A stretch of 64,000 nt of DNA from an uncultured Atopobium sp. (lineage in GTDB: Bacteria > Actinomycetota > Coriobacteriia > Coriobacteriales > Atopobiaceae). This document shows, piece by piece, positions 18,788 through 28,649 of the stretch (its first letter is position 1; every line of letters starts with the position of its first letter). Where the stretch lies: assembly GCA_963524285.1 (NCBI GenBank), contig CAURGZ010000002.1:14287-78286 (forward strand), in the 5' to 3' direction. The translations under genes and the position numbers were made by a program. Below the pieces are notes generated by a model. The model searched no databases. It saw nothing but the letters and a program-made list of their open reading frames with translations, and was not told the DNA's origin.

Positions 18788-21682
18788 TTATGCGCGCTTC
18801 TTCTGAGCTTTTTTCTCTGCAGCTAGACGTGCGTTATCGCGGTCAAGAATCTCTTTAAGGAACTTGCCTGTGTGGCTTTCTGGCGTTGCTGCAACCTTTT
18901 CTGGCGTACCAGAAACAACTACGGTTCCACCGCCATCGCCACCTTCTGGACCCATGTCAATAATGCGGTCAGCCATCTTGATGACATCCAAGTTGTGCTC
19001 AATGACAAGAACGGTGTTACCCGCATCAACAAGACGCTCAAGCACAACAATAAGCTGTCTGACATCCTCAAAATGAAGGCCAGTTGTTGGCTCGTCCAGA
19101 ATATAAAGAGTTTTACCAGTCTGTTGACGATGAAGCTCTTTTGCAAGTTTGACACGCTGTGCCTCGCCGCCAGAAAGCGTGGTTGCTGGCTGACCAAGGT
19201 GAATGTAACCAAGACCAACATCGTGGAGGGTCTGCAGCTTGTTCTTAATGCGAGGAATGTTTGCAAAGAACGCAAGCGCCTCATGAACCGTCATGTCAAG
19301 CACGTCAGAGACGGACTTGCCGTGGTAGAGAATCTCGAGCGTCTCGCGGTTATAACGCTTACCGTGGCAGACCTCGCAAGGGACATAGACGTCAGGCAAG
19401 AAGTTCATCTCAATCTTGATCTGGCCGTCGCCCTTACAAGCCTCGCAGCGGCCACCTTGGACGTTAAACGAGAAACGCCCAGCTGAGTAGCCACGTGCGC
19501 GAGACTCTGGAACGGAGGCATACAGTGCACGCAGGTCATCCCAAAGGCCAATATAGGTTGCTGGGTTAGAACGAGGTGTTCTACCAATAGGGCTTTGGTC
19601 AATATCAATGACCTTATCGATAAGATCAACGCCCTCAAGCTTTTTATACTCTCCTACCACACGTTTTGAGTGCTGAACTGCATTGGTAAGCGCGGGTGCA
19701 AGGGTATCGGTAACCAGAGAAGACTTACCAGAACCAGAAACGCCTGTGACTACCGTCAACGTGCCCAGCTCAATTGAAGCGGAAACATTTTTAAGGTTGT
19801 TAGCGCTAGCTCCCGTAATCTTGATCTTTCCACGACCGGGCTTACGGCGAGTCTCTGGAAGTCTAATCTGCTTCTTTCCTGTAAGGTAAGCACCCGTGAT
19901 GGAATCAGGGTTCTTGACAATCTCTTCTGGAGTTCCAGCAGCAACAACGTGACCACCAAGCTCACCGGCGCCGGGGCCCATGTCAATAACGTAGTCAGCT
20001 GCACGAATGGTATCTTCATCGTGCTCAACAACAAGTACGGTATTACCGCGGTCTCTGAGCTGCTTAAGCGTCTCAATAAGACGGTTGTTGTCTCTTTGGT
20101 GAAGGCCAATGGAAGGCTCGTCCAGAATGTAAAGGACGCCCATAAGGCCAGCACCAATCTGAGTTGCCAAGCGAATACGCTGGGCCTCTCCACCAGAAAG
20201 CGATGCTGCTGCACGAGAAAGCGTGAGATAGTCCAAGCCAACGTTTACCAAGAATTGCAGCCTTGCCACAATCTCTTTGACAATAGGACCTGCAATAACC
20301 TTCTGACGATCAGTAATAGTCAGCTGCTTGAAGAACTCCAGTGACTCCTTACAAGAGAGTTCACAAACCTCCCAGATGTTCTTCTCGCCAACGGTGACAG
20401 AAAGGATTTCTGGCTTTAAGCGAGCTCCGTGGCAGGTTGTACAAGGCATCTCGCGAATATACTTCTCAAGATGCGTCTTCATATTCTCTGACGTGGTCTC
20501 TTGATACTTGTCAAAAAGAATCTTTCTGACACCAGAGAACGTAGTAAACCAATGCGTATTGCGGCCGTCTCGCGTTTTGTAGTCAACGCGAATCTTAGTA
20601 GAACCAAGACCGCCGAGAAGGGCGTCTTGCACCTTCTTAGGTAGCTTGTTCCAAGGTGTTGTATCAGATACGTCAAAATGCTTGCAGACTGCAGACAAAA
20701 TCTGAGGATAGTAATTGGAGTGGCCAAAGAGGCTTCCAAAAACGCCCTCTGATACGGACAGTTTTGGATCAGCAATCAGTGCCGCAGCATCAATAATTTT
20801 ACGAGTTCCTAGGCCGTCGCAGTCGGGACAGGCGCCGTAAGGAGCGTTGAAGGAAAAATCGCGAGGCTGCAGGTCATCCATAGAGTGACCGTGAATAGGA
20901 CAAGCAAGCGCCAGCGAATACTGCAAGAGCTCTTCTGGCATAGTCTCTGGATTGGATTTATCGGCCAGGAGCAATATGCCTACCTTGCCCTGGGCAAGCT
21001 TAGTTGCCTGCTCAACGCCTTCAACAATACGACCTAAAGAATCAGGACGGATGACAATACGGTCAACAACCACCTCAATATCGTGCTTGAGGGTTTTACC
21101 CAGCGTGATTTCTTCATCAAGCTCACGCACAACGCCGTCAACACGAACGCGAGAAAATCCTTCTTTGCGCAAGTCTTCAAAGAGCTTGACGTACTCGCCC
21201 TTGCGGCCCAAAACAACAGGAGCCAGGACATAGGCCCTGCGTCCCTGACCAGCCTCGAGGATTTTATCGGCAACCTGATCTGTTGTCTGGCGCTCAATAA
21301 CGCGCCCACACTCAGGGCAGTGAGGAGTACCCATACGAGCGTACAAAAGGCGCAGATAATCATAGATTTCTGTAACGGTACCAACGGTAGAGCGAGGATT
21401 TCTAGAAGTTGTCTTCTGGTCAATAGATACCGCAGGAGAAAGACCATCAATAGAGTCAAGGTCTGGCTTATCCATCTGTCCCAAGAACTGACGGGCATAG
21501 CTGGACAAGGACTCAACGTAGCGGCGCTGTCCCTCTGCGTAAATGGTGTCGAAGGCAAGGCTTGACTTGCCCGAACCAGAAAGTCCCGTAATAACTACCA
21601 GCTGATCACGAGGGATATCAATGTCAATATCTTGCAGGTTGTGCTCTCGTGCGCCACGGATAGCAATTTTGCTTGAAGCCAT
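18788..21682 (-). CDS. uvrA: Excinuclease ABC subunit A
   Basis: GAREHNL, GLSGSGKSSLAFDT, two ABC domains, zinc fingers. Confidence 0.98.
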   Translation of the reverse strand: MASSKIAIRGAREHNLQDIDIDIPRDQLVVITGLSGSGKSSLAFDTIYAEGQRRYVESLSSYARQFLGQMDKPDLDSIDGLSPAVSIDQKTTSRNPRSTVGTVTEIYDYLRLLYARMGTPHCPECGRVIERQTTDQVADKILEAGQGRRAYVLAPVVLGRKGEYVKLFEDLRKEGFSRVRVDGVVRELDEEITLGKTLKHDIEVVVDRIVIRPDSLGRIVEGVEQATKLAQGKVGILLLADKSNPETMPEELLQYSLALACPIHGHSMDDLQPRDFSFNAPYGACPDCDGLGTRKIIDAAALIADPKLSVSEGVFGSLFGHSNYYPQILSAVCKHFDVSDTTPWNKLPKKVQDALLGGLGSTKIRVDYKTRDGRNTHWFTTFSGVRKILFDKYQETTSENMKTHLEKYIREMPCTTCHGARLKPEILSVTVGEKNIWEVCELSCKESLEFFKQLTITDRQKVIAGPIVKEIVARLQFLVNVGLDYLTLSRAAASLSGGEAQRIRLATQIGAGLMGVLYILDEPSIGLHQRDNNRLIETLKQLRDRGNTVLVVEHDEDTIRAADYVIDMGPGAGELGGHVVAAGTPEEIVKNPDSITGAYLTGKKQIRLPETRRKPGRGKIKITGASANNLKNVSASIELGTLTVVTGVSGSGKSSLVTDTLAPALTNAVQHSKRVVGEYKKLEGVDLIDKVIDIDQSPIGRTPRSNPATYIGLWDDLRALYASVPESRARGYSAGRFSFNVQGGRCEACKGDGQIKIEMNFLPDVYVPCEVCHGKRYNRETLEILYHGKSVSDVLDMTVHEALAFFANIPRIKNKLQTLHDVGLGYIHLGQPATTLSGGEAQRVKLAKELHRQQTGKTLYILDEPTTGLHFEDVRQLIVVLERLVDAGNTVLVIEHNLDVIKMADRIIDMGPEGGDGGGTVVVSGTPEKVAATPESHTGKFLKEILDRDNARLAAEKKAQKKRA

Positions 21683-21778
21683 AGTTCCTCACATAACCAG
21701 TTTGACGTGCGCATCTCTTTTGACGCGCCTACTGCCAAACAATAGAAAACAACATCAGTACACAGATGCAATTTGTGC

Positions 21779-21797
21779 GTACTGATGTTCTAGTATA
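21779..21797 (-). promoter_or_regulatory. Putative LexA (SOS) box next to the uvrA -10
   Basis: GTAC-TGAT-GTTC (21779-21790), one mismatch to GAAC-N4-GTTC, just downstream of TATACT (21792-21797, - strand). Confidence 0.55.
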
Positions 21798-21836
21798 CCC
21801 AAGTTAGTGCTGCCAAAACATGGCAAGCGCGCTTCC

Positions 21837-22298
21837 CTATTTCACGCGAACCTTCATCACGGCTTTTTTGAGCTTTGAGCCAGATTTCTCCAGCGTACAG
21901 CCTGGTTTGTGAGCATCAGATGGAGGTGTCACTAGAAAATCACCAGCGTGCAAGGTAACCCATGTCTCTTCCCCAGGATTGGTATAAGCACCAAAATCAG
22001 CATCAAAATTAAAGTCACCCTTAAGAACACACTGCTCAAGAGGGGCAACAGCGATGCTTTCGGTGCCAGAAATAACCACATGAATATCTGCGTAAATCTT
22101 ATGAGCCTCATAGTCCTTCTCGCCAGGCAGTGCTGGCTCAAACTCCATGACGTTCACAAAAACGTTATCTCTATCAATTTCTGTCTTGCCCAAAGGCAGC
22201 TCATCAAGATTGTGGGTTGTCAAAAACTCCGCAGCACAAGCCATATATTTCTGACCAAAGTCATTCTCAGATAAGTTTTTAATTGACGAGAAAATCAT
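21837..22298 (-). CDS. YhcH/YjgK/YiaL family protein (NanQ-like)
   Basis: YEAHKIYADIH, GDF...P.DAHKP motifs. Confidence 0.85.
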   Translation of the reverse strand: MIFSSIKNLSENDFGQKYMACAAEFLTTHNLDELPLGKTEIDRDNVFVNVMEFEPALPGEKDYEAHKIYADIHVVISGTESIAVAPLEQCVLKGDFNFDADFGAYTNPGEETWVTLHAGDFLVTPPSDAHKPGCTLEKSGSKLKKAVMKVRVK

Positions 22299-22416
22299 GT
22301 GAACCTCCTACGTTCAGCTAAAGTACGCCGAAAAGATTATAGCTATCTCGTTTGCCATAAAGTTCTATGGGTAGAATTAAATAGTTACTGCATACAACTG
22401 CTACATAAGGAGAGAC

Positions 22417-23265
22417 ATGGCAGACGTAGATATTGATCGTGAGGCGCTTCGTAAAGAGATTGACGCTGCCCTTCACGGCAAAAAGAAAGAGCCACAGCCA
22501 CCAGCGGGTTTTGAACTTAATCAGCACTCAAGCGTGAAGCACGTTATTGGCGTTGTTTCTGGTAAGGGTGGCGTTGGCAAGTCTTTTGTCACCGGCATTC
22601 TTGCAACTAACCTTGCTCGCGCAGGTAAGCGCGTTGGTATTCTTGACGGTGATATTACCGGTCCTTCAATTCCTCGTATGTTTGGCATCTCTGACGAGCG
22701 CTCTTACGGCGTTGAAGAGCAGCTTATTCCAATTGAGGATGCAAACGGCATCAAGATTATGAGTGCCAACCTGGTGCTTCAGAACGAGACCGACCCTGTT
22801 CTCTGGAGAGGCCCCGTTGTTGCTGGTGCTATCCAGCAGTTCTACAGCCAGTGCAACTGGGGTGACTTGGATTATCTTCTGATTGATATGCCTCCAGGAA
22901 CAGGCGATGTTGCGCTAACGGTATTCCAGTCCCTTCCTGTTGAAGGTGTTGTGATTGTTTCTTCTCCACAAGATCTTGTTCAGATGGTTGTGGGCAAGGC
23001 AGTACGCATGGCAGAAATGATGCATGTACCTGTACTTGGTTTGATTGAGAACATGGCATATATCACCTGCCCTCACTGCGATGAGCGCATTGAGCCTTAC
23101 GGTCCATCAAAGCTTGCTGAGACCGCAGCGGCATTTAACCTCAAGCCTTTAGGACAGCTTCCTATGGATGCAATCTTTGCGCAGATTGCCGATAAGGGAA
23201 CCTTTAGCACCGAGCTTCCAGAAGGCCTTGTTCCTGACGCAACACAAAGCGTTCTTGACCTGTAA
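22417..23265 (+). CDS. mrp: Mrp/NBP35/ApbC Fe-S cluster carrier ATPase
   Basis: SGKGGVGKS, WRGP, DMPPGTGD, ENM..CPHC. Confidence 0.92.
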   Translation: MADVDIDREALRKEIDAALHGKKKEPQPPAGFELNQHSSVKHVIGVVSGKGGVGKSFVTGILATNLARAGKRVGILDGDITGPSIPRMFGISDERSYGVEEQLIPIEDANGIKIMSANLVLQNETDPVLWRGPVVAGAIQQFYSQCNWGDLDYLLIDMPPGTGDVALTVFQSLPVEGVVIVSSPQDLVQMVVGKAVRMAEMMHVPVLGLIENMAYITCPHCDERIEPYGPSKLAETAAAFNLKPLGQLPMDAIFAQIADKGTFSTELPEGLVPDATQSVLDL

Positions 23266-23310
23266 GTTCTAGCTTCTAGAAGTTACAAAACACAAAAGGT
23301 AATTCTTACT

Positions 23311-24564
23311 ATGGCTCAATCAACGCGCGTTAAAGAACGACAAGCAGCACAAGCTCAGCGCATCAAGCAGGCTCAGGCATTTCTGGTGCCTGACCACATT
23401 GATGTTGCAATTGTTGGTGGTGGCGCAGCAGGTCTCTGCGCTGCCACCACTGCTGCCGAAGCTCTTGGCGAAGGTAAACGCGTTGTCGTCTTTGAAAAAG
23501 CACTGGAAAGCGGCAGAACCATCCTGGCAACAGGCGGAGGACGCTGCAACTTTACCAATACTGATTTGAGCTTTGAGAATTTTTCTCATCCAGAGTTTGT
23601 CCAGGCTGTTTGCAAAGATAAGGACACCTTCCTTGCAGACATTCTCTCTTTCTTTAGGTCCAGCGGTCTTGCTTGGGCTACAGAAGACGAAGGCAGAATG
23701 TACCCGCTTACCAGGCAAGCAAGCTCCATCCAATCACTGCTGCTCAAGCGAGCTCAAAAAGCTGGCGTGCAATTTGCCCTAGGACGAGAAGTCACTTCGG
23801 TAAAACCCCAGCACAATGGCTTCACCGTTACCTTTCAAGAATGCTTTGCTGGCGAGAAAACCTACAAGGTCCACGCATCAACAGTAATCCTAGCTACTGG
23901 CGGGCTCACAACCACAAATCTTGCAGAGAGCCTTGACTTGCAGACCACCTCACTGCGACCGGGACTTTGTGCACTCACCTGCAAGCCCGAGCCCCCAACA
24001 AGCCTTGATGGAAAGCGCGTTCGAGCACACGCAGCTCTTTTAAGAGACGGAGCTGTGCTCAAACAGGAATCTGGTGAGCTTCTTTTTAGGTCATTTGGAC
24101 TCTCGGGCATCATGATTTTCAACTTGTCTCGCACAGCCTTGCCTGGCGACGTATTTGAGATTGATCTTCTCCCTCAGCTTACGGAAGAGGAAGTTGCAGC
24201 AGCTGTAGAAGCTCACACCACCGACGGTCTTCTCGACCCACAGATTGTTGCCTACCTGGGCGCCAATGACTCAGTTGAAGTCACTGTTGCCAAGGCTCAC
24301 AAAATGGCCTTTACCGTTACGGGTACGTCTTCCAAAGTTGTCCCTCAGGTCTGTATTGGTGGAATTTCCATCAATCAAGTAGACTCAATCACTCTTGAAG
24401 CGCATGACATTCCTGGTCTGTTTATTGCAGGAGAAGCCCTTGATATTGATGCTCAATGTGGAGGATTTAACCTCTCGTGGGCGTGGAAGAGCGGTATGGT
24501 TGCCGGTCTGGCTGCCGCTAAAAGCGCTGGTCAGAAAAATGCACCTTTGAAAAAGGACAACTAA
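23311..24564 (+). CDS. HI0933/YhiN/BaiN-like flavoprotein
   Basis: GGGAAGL, TGGGRCNFTN, GRMYP, GEALDIDAQCGGFNL..AW.SG. Confidence 0.88.
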   Translation: MAQSTRVKERQAAQAQRIKQAQAFLVPDHIDVAIVGGGAAGLCAATTAAEALGEGKRVVVFEKALESGRTILATGGGRCNFTNTDLSFENFSHPEFVQAVCKDKDTFLADILSFFRSSGLAWATEDEGRMYPLTRQASSIQSLLLKRAQKAGVQFALGREVTSVKPQHNGFTVTFQECFAGEKTYKVHASTVILATGGLTTTNLAESLDLQTTSLRPGLCALTCKPEPPTSLDGKRVRAHAALLRDGAVLKQESGELLFRSFGLSGIMIFNLSRTALPGDVFEIDLLPQLTEEEVAAAVEAHTTDGLLDPQIVAYLGANDSVEVTVAKAHKMAFTVTGTSSKVVPQVCIGGISINQVDSITLEAHDIPGLFIAGEALDIDAQCGGFNLSWAWKSGMVAGLAAAKSAGQKNAPLKKDN

Positions 24565-24565
24565 C

Positions 24566-26236
24566 ATGCTAGAAGTATCAAACATTAAAGTTCATGTTGC
24601 TCCTCTTCGTAAGCATCCTGCTAAAGAATCAAAGGTGGGGTTTGACGCGCTGCTTCGCGCTCTCCGAGTCTCTGCGGATGAGGTTACCTCATATGAGCTG
24701 CATAAACGCTCAATTGATGCACGTAAAAGAAACGATATTGTTCTTATCCTCACCTACCACGTAAACCTTAAAGGTGGGTCTGCAGCGGAACAAAAACTCC
24801 TTAACAAAATTCAAGGCAAACCTGCGGCAAAGCACATTAAGCTTGCTGAGCCAAATACTTTTACGCTTCCCAAAGCAACGCAACCTGCTCCTTCAGAGAA
24901 TCGTCCCGTTGTTGTAGGAGCGGGATGTGCGGGCTTGTTCTGTGCGCTTACGCTTGCCAAAGCTGGCCTCAATCCCCTGCTTATTGAGCGCGGAGATGAT
25001 GCAGCACGAAGAACTGCAGCTGTAGAGCATCATAACCAAACGGGTCAGCTCGATATTGAGAGCAACATCCAATTTGGTCTTGGTGGTGCTGGTACATTCT
25101 CTGACGGCAAGCTCAACACGGGTACCAAAAGTGCTTCTCACCGCTTTATTCTTGAGACTTTTGTTAAAGCAGGCGCACAGAAAAATATTTTGTGGGACGC
25201 AAAACCCCACGTAGGAAGCGATGTTCTTCCCACCGTTGTGACCAACATTGTCACAATGATTGAAGAGGCGGGTGGAACCGTTGCATTTAGGACAAAACTC
25301 GCCTCCCTAGAGCGAGCCTCAGATGGCTCTCTTTCTGCAATTCAGGTTGAGAAGACCAATCCAGACGGCTCAACTCAAACTAAAACCATACAGACTCGCA
25401 CAATGATTCTTGCGACTGGTCACTCAAGTAGAGACACGTATGTCATGCTCAAAGACAAAGGTATTTCTATGGAGAGAAAAACCTTTGCTATGGGTGTGCG
25501 AATTGAGCACCTTCAGTCTCAAATCAATAAATCACTCTATGGCCCTGAAGCAACCAATCCTGTACTAGGAGCGGCACCCTACAAGCTTTCTGTTCACCTT
25601 CCCTCTGGTAGAAGCGCCTTCTCGTTCTGTATGTGTCCTGGTGGCTATGTTGTTTCTGCAGCTAGCGAGAAGGGCGGCGTAGTCACAAACGGCATGAGCC
25701 TGTCTGACCGTGCGGGCAAAAATGCCAACTCCGGCCTGTTAGCTAACGTCTATCCAGAAGATCTACCAGGAGACGACGTGCTTGCTGGCATTGAGCTGCA
25801 ACGCTCTTGTGAGCAGGCGGCCTTTAAAGCAGGTGGAGGTGCCTATGTTGCTCCTGCTCAGCTAGTTGGTGACTTCCTACACAAGAAAGCTTCTACTGGA
25901 CCTCGTTCGGTAAAACCAACGTATCCGCGTGGTGTTACCTGGACCTCGCTTGAAGACTGTCTTCCACCCTACGTCTTACAAACCTTGCGAGAAGCCCTTC
26001 CGGTCATGGATAAAAAGCTTCATGGCTTTGCGCATCCCGATGCTGTGCTTACGGGCGTTGAAACACGGTCAAGCTCTCCTGTAAGAATTACCCGCGATGA
26101 AACAGGACAAAGCATTAACACACCAGGAATATGGCCTGTAGGTGAAGGTGCTGGCTATGCGGGCGGCATTATGAGTGCTGCTGCAGATGGCATTAGAATG
26201 GCTGAGCTTGTAGTGGAGCACTACAACAACGCTTAG
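24566..26236 (+). CDS. NAD(P)/FAD-dependent oxidoreductase, uncharacterised family
   Basis: [40 protein letters not shown]. Confidence 0.88.
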   Translation: MLEVSNIKVHVAPLRKHPAKESKVGFDALLRALRVSADEVTSYELHKRSIDARKRNDIVLILTYHVNLKGGSAAEQKLLNKIQGKPAAKHIKLAEPNTFTLPKATQPAPSENRPVVVGAGCAGLFCALTLAKAGLNPLLIERGDDAARRTAAVEHHNQTGQLDIESNIQFGLGGAGTFSDGKLNTGTKSASHRFILETFVKAGAQKNILWDAKPHVGSDVLPTVVTNIVTMIEEAGGTVAFRTKLASLERASDGSLSAIQVEKTNPDGSTQTKTIQTRTMILATGHSSRDTYVMLKDKGISMERKTFAMGVRIEHLQSQINKSLYGPEATNPVLGAAPYKLSVHLPSGRSAFSFCMCPGGYVVSAASEKGGVVTNGMSLSDRAGKNANSGLLANVYPEDLPGDDVLAGIELQRSCEQAAFKAGGGAYVAPAQLVGDFLHKKASTGPRSVKPTYPRGVTWTSLEDCLPPYVLQTLREALPVMDKKLHGFAHPDAVLTGVETRSSSPVRITRDETGQSINTPGIWPVGEGAGYAGGIMSAAADGIRMAELVVEHYNNA

Positions 26237-28473
26237 TGCTTGCCTCTATAACATCTGCGAGTTGCGTGAGTACTGCCCTTTCTAGCTCCTGTTTTAAGCC
26301 TCTTGATAACATCATCTGAGGTAGTGCCTTCAAGCTGGCTTCTAATGGCTACAATCTGATCTCTGAGTTCTGCTGCATGTTCATAATCCATTGACGCAGA
26401 AGCCTCTGCCATCTCTGCTTCCATACCAGAAAGCATTGCTTCAACCTCTGAGCGCGGAAGATTTTGAAGCTCTTCAGCAAGCAATTCTGCAGGCATTTCA
26501 AGAATTGATTCTTGCTGTTCTTCAAGCGAATCTTCGTCATCAGAGGCGGTATAGAACTCTCCGTTTTTGCGCTTGCGTTTATCAACGTTCTCTGAAGCTT
26601 CAGCAATAAAACCTGCAATATCCGTAATGGATTTCTTAACGGTCTTAGGTACAATACCGTGCTCTTTATTAAACGCTTCCTGAAGCTCTCGACGCCTTTT
26701 TGTTTCATCAATGGCAATGCGCATGGAATCAGTGATTTTATCGGCGTACATAATGACCTGGCCAGAAGCGTTTCTTGCCGCTCTACCCATAGTCTGAATA
26801 AGAGACCTTCTGTTTCTTAAGAAGCCCTCTTTATCTGCATCAAGAATTGCCACGAGAGAAACCTCTGGAATATCAAGTCCTTCTCGCAAAAGGTTAATTC
26901 CAACCAGTACGTCAATCTTTCCCTGACGCAAATCTCTAATGATTTCTACACGGTCAAGCGTGGCAGTATCCGAATGCATGTAGTTGACTTTAATACCCTC
27001 GTCTAACAGGTGATCTGTAAGATCTTCTGCCATTCTTTTAGTGAGCGTAGTAACAAGAACGCGCTCTTTTTTTGCCACTCTCTCTTTGACCTCTGAGATA
27101 AGGTCATCAATTTGACCTCTTACTGGTCTGACATCAATCTTTGGATCGAGGAGGCCAGTTGGACGAATAATCTGCTCAACCTGTTGCTGAGCGACCGTCT
27201 CTTCATAGTCTCCAGGAGTTGCAGAGACGTAAATAAACTGTGGAATACGTCCCTCAAATTCGTCAAATCTGAGCGGCCTGTTATCAAGTGCAGAAGGAAG
27301 TCTAAATCCGTGATCTACCAGCGTAACTTTACGAGACCTATCGCCCTCATACATACCTCTTATTTGAGGAACGGTAACGTGTGACTCATCAATGATGCAA
27401 ATCATGTCTTTAGGGAAATAATCAATGAGCGTATAGGGAGGCTCACCTGGAGCTCGACCATCTAAATGGCGCGAGTAGTTCTCAATACCATTGCAATAAC
27501 CCATAGTCTCAAGCATCTCTAGATCATAATTTGTCCTCTGAGCAAGACGCTGAGCTTCTAGCAATTTATCGTTTTCTTTAAGCTCTTTAACACGAGCTTC
27601 CATCTCTTCCGAGATGGTTGTAAGAGCGTGGGTAATCTTTGGACGCTCAGTAACGTAGTGAGATGCTGGCCAAATTGGAATAGCATCAAACTCTCTAAGC
27701 ACTTCTCCCGTTACATTGCTAACCTCTGAAATGCTTTCTACTTCATCACCAAAGAACTCAATACGCAGCGGATTTTCTGCATACGGCGGGAACACATCAA
27801 CAACGTCTCCACGAACCCTAAACATACCGCGCTGTAGATCGTAATCATTTCTATCGTACTGGACATCAATAAGATCTTTAATAAAGTCATCGCGCTCAAG
27901 AGGAACGGATTTATCTACATTAGGCGCAAGACCTGCATAATCTTGAGGGCTACCAATACCGTAAATACACGATACAGATGCAACTACAATGACATCTCGT
28001 CTAGATAGAAGCGATGAAGTTGCCTGGTGACGGAGCTTCTCTACCTCTTCATTGATGGAAGCATCTTTTTCTATGTACGTATCAGACTGCGGAACATATG
28101 CCTCTGGCTGGTAGTAATCATAGTACGAGACAAAGTACACAACAGCGTTGTTAGGAAAGAGCTCCTTCATCTCTGAAGCAACCTGTGCAGCTAGTGTTTT
28201 ATTGGGCTCCATAATAAGCGTGGGGCGGTTGAGCTTCTCGATAGTTTTAGCCATAGAGAAGGTCTTACCCGAGCCCGTAACACCTAAGAGCGTCTGGTAC
28301 CTGAGCCCGTCTTCAATTCCTTGGGCAAGCTTTTCTATTGCCTGTGGCTGATCACCTGCGGGTTCAAAAGGAGATACTACCTGAAGCTTCTCTTCTCCTA
28401 CTTCACGACCAAATCGGCGCAGTTCAGCGCCCATATATTCTTTATGTTGATCTTCAGCATGAGATGCATCCAT
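26233..28473 (-). CDS. uvrB: Excinuclease ABC subunit B
   Basis: [29 protein letters not shown]-terminal UVR domain. Confidence 0.98.
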   Translation of the reverse strand: MDASHAEDQHKEYMGAELRRFGREVGEEKLQVVSPFEPAGDQPQAIEKLAQGIEDGLRYQTLLGVTGSGKTFSMAKTIEKLNRPTLIMEPNKTLAAQVASEMKELFPNNAVVYFVSYYDYYQPEAYVPQSDTYIEKDASINEEVEKLRHQATSSLLSRRDVIVVASVSCIYGIGSPQDYAGLAPNVDKSVPLERDDFIKDLIDVQYDRNDYDLQRGMFRVRGDVVDVFPPYAENPLRIEFFGDEVESISEVSNVTGEVLREFDAIPIWPASHYVTERPKITHALTTISEEMEARVKELKENDKLLEAQRLAQRTNYDLEMLETMGYCNGIENYSRHLDGRAPGEPPYTLIDYFPKDMICIIDESHVTVPQIRGMYEGDRSRKVTLVDHGFRLPSALDNRPLRFDEFEGRIPQFIYVSATPGDYEETVAQQQVEQIIRPTGLLDPKIDVRPVRGQIDDLISEVKERVAKKERVLVTTLTKRMAEDLTDHLLDEGIKVNYMHSDTATLDRVEIIRDLRQGKIDVLVGINLLREGLDIPEVSLVAILDADKEGFLRNRRSLIQTMGRAARNASGQVIMYADKITDSMRIAIDETKRRRELQEAFNKEHGIVPKTVKKSITDIAGFIAEASENVDKRKRKNGEFYTASDDEDSLEEQQESILEMPAELLAEELQNLPRSEVEAMLSGMEAEMAEASASMDYEHAAELRDQIVAIRSQLEGTTSDDVIKRLKTGARKGSTHATRRCYRGKH

Positions 28474-28522
28474 GAGGTTCTCCTTTTCTTGTGAAAGTAG
28501 TATACCCCACTTCTCAAAACTG

Positions 28523-28534
28523 AAACACTTGTTC
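28523..28534. promoter_or_regulatory. Putative LexA (SOS) box upstream of uvrB
   Basis: AAAC-ACTT-GTTC, one mismatch to GAAC-N4-GTTC, between divergent TATACT hexamers. Confidence 0.6.
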
Positions 28535-28649
28535 TATACTATTTATAAATTGCAGTATAGTTTCAAAGTGTGACGGGTAATAAATACATTACCTATATGC
28601 GCTAAACTAGCACCTAAATAAACAAGTTACATCAGATAAAGGAGATACC

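Noticed and set aside
26233..26236. Convergent stop-codon overlap of uvrB and the oxidoreductase
   Set aside because: Common compact-genome arrangement.
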